DNA of 62,006 nucleotides from Candidatus Wolframiiraptor sinensis (GTDB lineage Archaea; Thermoproteota; Nitrososphaeria_A; Caldarchaeales; Wolframiiraptoraceae): NCBI GenBank assembly GCA_023261815.1, contig JALNKA010000004.1, positions 1 to 62,006 of the forward strand, read 5' to 3'. Shown piece by piece: positions 59,454 to 62,006 of this stretch (position 1 is its first letter; each line of letters starts with the position of its first letter). The notes under the pieces were generated by a model. It saw only the letters and a program-made list of their open reading frames with translations, ran no database searches and was not told where the DNA came from. The position numbers and the translations under genes were made by a program.

Positions 59454-60266
59454 ATGTTCCCGGTGAAGAGGAGGGTTTTCATAATTGGGCTGGCATCCTT
59501 GGCGGCCGCGGCCATAGCAGGCTTTACGATCCTCAGCAGCCCAAATCTTCTCGCTAGGAAGAATGAGGAAGTCGAGGGGAGGCGCGAGGAAGCCGAATTA
59601 ACTCTTTTCACCGAGAAAAGCGAGGAAGTTGGGGAGATTGAGGTGGCGGGCAAGAGGCTGAAGCTCCCCGAACCATCATACAGGAGCCAGGTCTCGATAG
59701 AAGAAGCAATACTAGTTAGAAGGAGCGTCAGGGAGTATGCGGATAAGCCATTAACCTTGAAGCAGCTCTCCCAGATCCTCTGGGCGGCGCAGGGCATAAC
59801 CGAGAAGCGCTGGGGATTTAGGACAGCGCCATCCGCCGGTGCCACTTACCCGCTCGAGGTCTACGTCGTGGTTAAGAATGGCGGTGTCGAGGACCTTGGC
59901 CCCGGGATCTATCATTATCTACCCCGATCGCATGAGATTGAGCTGGTGAAGCCGGGAGATTATAGCAGGGATCTCACGAGGGCTGCCCTCGGCCAGGAAT
60001 GGGTTCTCGAGGCGGCCGCGAACCTCGTGATAAACGCGGTCTACGATCGGACAACCAGGAGATATGGCGAGCGCGGATACAGGTACGTCTACATGGAGGT
60101 GGGGCACGTCGGCCAGAACGTTTACCTCCAGTGCGTGAGCCTAGGTCTCGCATGCGTTGTGATCGGAGCATTCTACGACGATGATGTGAAGAGAATTGTC
60201 GGAGGAGTTGGGGAGCCCCTCTACATAATCCCGGTCGGGGTAAAGAAGGAGCCCTGGATAGGGTAA
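59454..60266 (+). CDS. SagB/ThcOx-type nitroreductase-family protein with N-terminal anchor
   Basis: RRSVR.Y, RTAPSAGA.YPLE.Y, E.GH..QN.YL. Confidence 0.88.
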   Translation: MFPVKRRVFIIGLASLAAAAIAGFTILSSPNLLARKNEEVEGRREEAELTLFTEKSEEVGEIEVAGKRLKLPEPSYRSQVSIEEAILVRRSVREYADKPLTLKQLSQILWAAQGITEKRWGFRTAPSAGATYPLEVYVVVKNGGVEDLGPGIYHYLPRSHEIELVKPGDYSRDLTRAALGQEWVLEAAANLVINAVYDRTTRRYGERGYRYVYMEVGHVGQNVYLQCVSLGLACVVIGAFYDDDVKRIVGGVGEPLYIIPVGVKKEPWIG

Positions 60267-60292
60267 TAAGCTGGGCTAGCGAGATTTGATCT

Positions 60293-60351
60293 TGGCGATG
60301 AGGAGTCAGAGTTATGCGGAACTGATGAAGTGAAGGCATTTGACTGAGCCA
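60293..60351 (+). ncRNA. Box C/D 2'-O-methylation guide sRNA
   Basis: Box C GCGATGA (60295), D' CGGA (60317), C' TGATGA (60323), D CTGA (60344); terminal TGGC/GCCA stem. Confidence 0.8.
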
Positions 60352-61017
60352 TCCTCATGCTCATCGGCGCGTCGTGATATGAGGGCGGGAGTAAGAGAAG
60401 TGAAGCCCGTTAGGATTGATTGGCTGACGAGGACCGCGAAGGTATCGCCCATGTCGCCCCTAGTCCTCGCGGCGGAGAAGCTCGGCATAAGATGGCTGAT
60501 GCTCTTCGATGGCGAGTATGTTTACGGGTCGTCGCCGGGGCTCATTGAAGCCGCCGATGCGCTTATCCGCGCCATGAGACCTAGGAGCCTCATAGACCTC
60601 TTCGGGGGAAGCGGGGCGGTCTCCAAGCTGGCGGCCATGAATGGCGTGAAGAGGATAATCTATGTGGATCTGTATCCGGAGGCCGCCTACCGAAATCTAA
60701 GAAGCATGAGAGGAATCGAGATCGTGAGGGAGGATGCGTTCAAGTTTCTCGGCCGCGGCGTCGAGTGCGATCTCCTGATAGCCGACCCGCCGGAAGAGCT
60801 CGCGGATAAGACTGCGAGACATCTGATGCGTAATAGGCGCGCATTCAGGAAGGCGGCGCTGATTTGGATAGGCTCGGACTGCCCGAGGAGGAAGATTAGC
60901 AGCCTCGCGAGGATGAGGATGACGGAGATCATCGAGGTTTGGGGAGACTTCTTCCTAATATTATGGAATCGCGGGCTAAGGGATCTAATCGAGCGGGTTA
61001 AGCGGATGCTGGAGTAA
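60340..61017 (+). CDS. Class I SAM-dependent methyltransferase (true start probably about 60380-60400)
   Basis: IDLFGGSG, DAF, DLLIADPP. Confidence 0.7.
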   Translation: MTEPSSCSSARRDMRAGVREVKPVRIDWLTRTAKVSPMSPLVLAAEKLGIRWLMLFDGEYVYGSSPGLIEAADALIRAMRPRSLIDLFGGSGAVSKLAAMNGVKRIIYVDLYPEAAYRNLRSMRGIEIVREDAFKFLGRGVECDLLIADPPEELADKTARHLMRNRRAFRKAALIWIGSDCPRRKISSLARMRMTEIIEVWGDFFLILWNRGLRDLIERVKRMLE

Positions 61018-61061
61018 GGGTTAAAGCCTGAAGCTGATACTCGAGCAGCTGGGTGGGGTGC

Positions 61062-61154
61062 TTGGGAGGCAGGCAGGTTAATCCCTATCTACCGCACAAC
61101 CCGGCGTCCTCGGAGGAGAAATCCGAGGAGAAGAAAAAGAAGAAGGGCAGGTAG
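61062..61154 (+). CDS. Possible 30-aa lysine-rich small protein
   Basis: TTG start after GGGTGGGGTG; MGGRQVNPYLPHNPASSEEKSEEKKKKKGR; host-like codons. Confidence 0.35.
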   Translation: MGGRQVNPYLPHNPASSEEKSEEKKKKKGR

Positions 61155-61436
61155 CCTCGGCGCCTCGAGCGCTTACGCGCCGAAAATATGCATTTTTGTT
61201 TGAAGTTGAGCTTGGAAAGTGTTTCAACGTGAAATTTCTGAGGACCCCACTCCGGGAAGATCGATGGATCTCTCAAATAACCCCTGGGAATGAAAGAATA
61301 ACACATGTTCAGAATCATGAATCCCCTAAACTTCTCAAGCGCCATCCTCCACAGGCATCCACCATCAGCTCTTGCCAGGGCGCCCTTCCCCAGCAAGGCA
61401 GATACACGCGCCCTAAAATCATTTTAAACGGAATAG

Positions 61437-61572
61437 AGGGAAAAAGAGGGTGGTGTCGGGGGAGGGGACATTTGGACAGCCCTTCGCCCGCCATTGCATA
61501 TTTCTCCACTCCCTTGCGGAGCCATATTTTAGGAACCACGGGCCTCATCAGGGCTTTAGTCCTGTCCCTCCG
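61437..61572 (-). ncRNA. Putative bridge/seek-type dual-guide RNA overlapping the transposase 3' end (copy C)
   Basis: GGGACA/TGTCCC stem, AGCCCT-GAT-GA / GA-AGGGCT K-turn-like junction, slots TTCCTAAAAT and AGAAATATGCA, apical GCTCC/GGAGT hairpin. Confidence 0.7.
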
Positions 61573-62006
61573 CCCGCGTCGGCGCCATCACTGTAAGTCC
61601 TTAGAATACTCAGTAGCCTCCTCAGAACCTCCCTCTGATGCCTCATCCTCGGCTTAAGAATCCTCTTCTTAACCAATATAGCGGCCGTCAATGAGGTTAA
61701 GTATCCTCGAGCATGACGGCTGTAACGCCTTACATATTTCTCTCCGCTCTCCTCCTCATACTTTCTCTTATCATCTTTTGTCGGCTTATACAATCCTAGA
61801 AACCTCCTGGCTTTATGATATGATGGCACATTATATGGCCACTTCAGGTAGATTAGTAGCCCGGCCAGCGCCGATAGCGCGTTGATGTTATTATCGTTCA
61901 GTTCCAGCTCCCTGGCGATATCCGCGAATCTCAGGATCTTCTCCACAGCATTCTCGACTATCTCCCCGCGAATAATCATCAATTTCTCCTCACAATCCCT
62001 GATCTC
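61548..62006 (-). CDS. IS110-family transposase/recombinase, C-terminal part (5' end outside the window)
   Basis: ARRFLGL..P...ESG...SRHARGYL resembles the IS110 Tnp-domain 'GL.P...SG...GN..R..L' pattern that holds the catalytic Ser; remnant copy at 23.9 kb. Confidence 0.7.
   Translation of the reverse strand, partial: EIRDCEEKLMIIRGEIVENAVEKILRFADIARELELNDNNINALSALAGLLIYLKWPYNVPSYHKARRFLGLYKPTKDDKRKYEEESGEKYVRRYSRHARGYLTSLTAAILVKKRILKPRMRHQREVLRRLLSILRTYSDGADAGGGTGLKP

Noticed and set aside
61412-61421. CCTAAAAT equals part of copy C slot 1 and also occurs at 23744
   Set aside because: Orientation is opposite to the slot 1 match in copy B and the sequence lies inside the element; an AT-rich 8-mer may be chance or intramolecular pairing, so it was not used as target evidence.
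61530-61552. CTGATGAG suggests a hammerhead ribozyme core
   Set aside because: The closing strand reads GAAG rather than GAAA and there is no stem III or UH cleavage site; the flanks pair directly (AGCCCU/AGGGCU), which fits a K-turn better.
1-62006. CRISPR or TIGR-like tandem arrays and rRNA genes
   Set aside because: No regularly spaced repeat array or rRNA sequence seen; the guide-like motifs are dispersed single units.

Overview
Chromosomal segment of a thermophilic archaeon. The gene set (HMf-type histone, SmAP3, Pus10, aIF6, thermosome, CdrS-FtsZ, TgtA, Nep1, crenarchaeal-type DNA ligase) suggests a TACK lineage, most like Aigarchaeota/Caldarchaeales; this placement is inference. Most of the window is housekeeping: about 50 CDS, 5 tRNAs (one with a BHB intron), one box C/D sRNA and a few frameshifted genes. 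Two linked mobile-DNA phenomena stand out. (1) An IS110-family recombinase (partial, right edge) has a 3'-overlapping ~135-nt structured RNA motif with a K-turn-like box-C element and two symmetric TGG-N10/11-ATG variable guide slots. The motif recurs at 23.8 kb and 50.4 kb with different slot sequences. In the non-autonomous 50.2-50.8 kb copy, one slot matches the element's own flank exactly over 10 nt, as expected for a reprogrammable bridge/seek-type guide RNA. (2) A ~2-kb element has inserted into motif V of the DNA ligase gene. It supplies a recoded replacement 3' end that restores a full-length ligase, encodes a free-standing LAGLIDADG endonuclease, and carries the 3' tail of the same RNA motif. 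All calls are by eye; no database searches were run.
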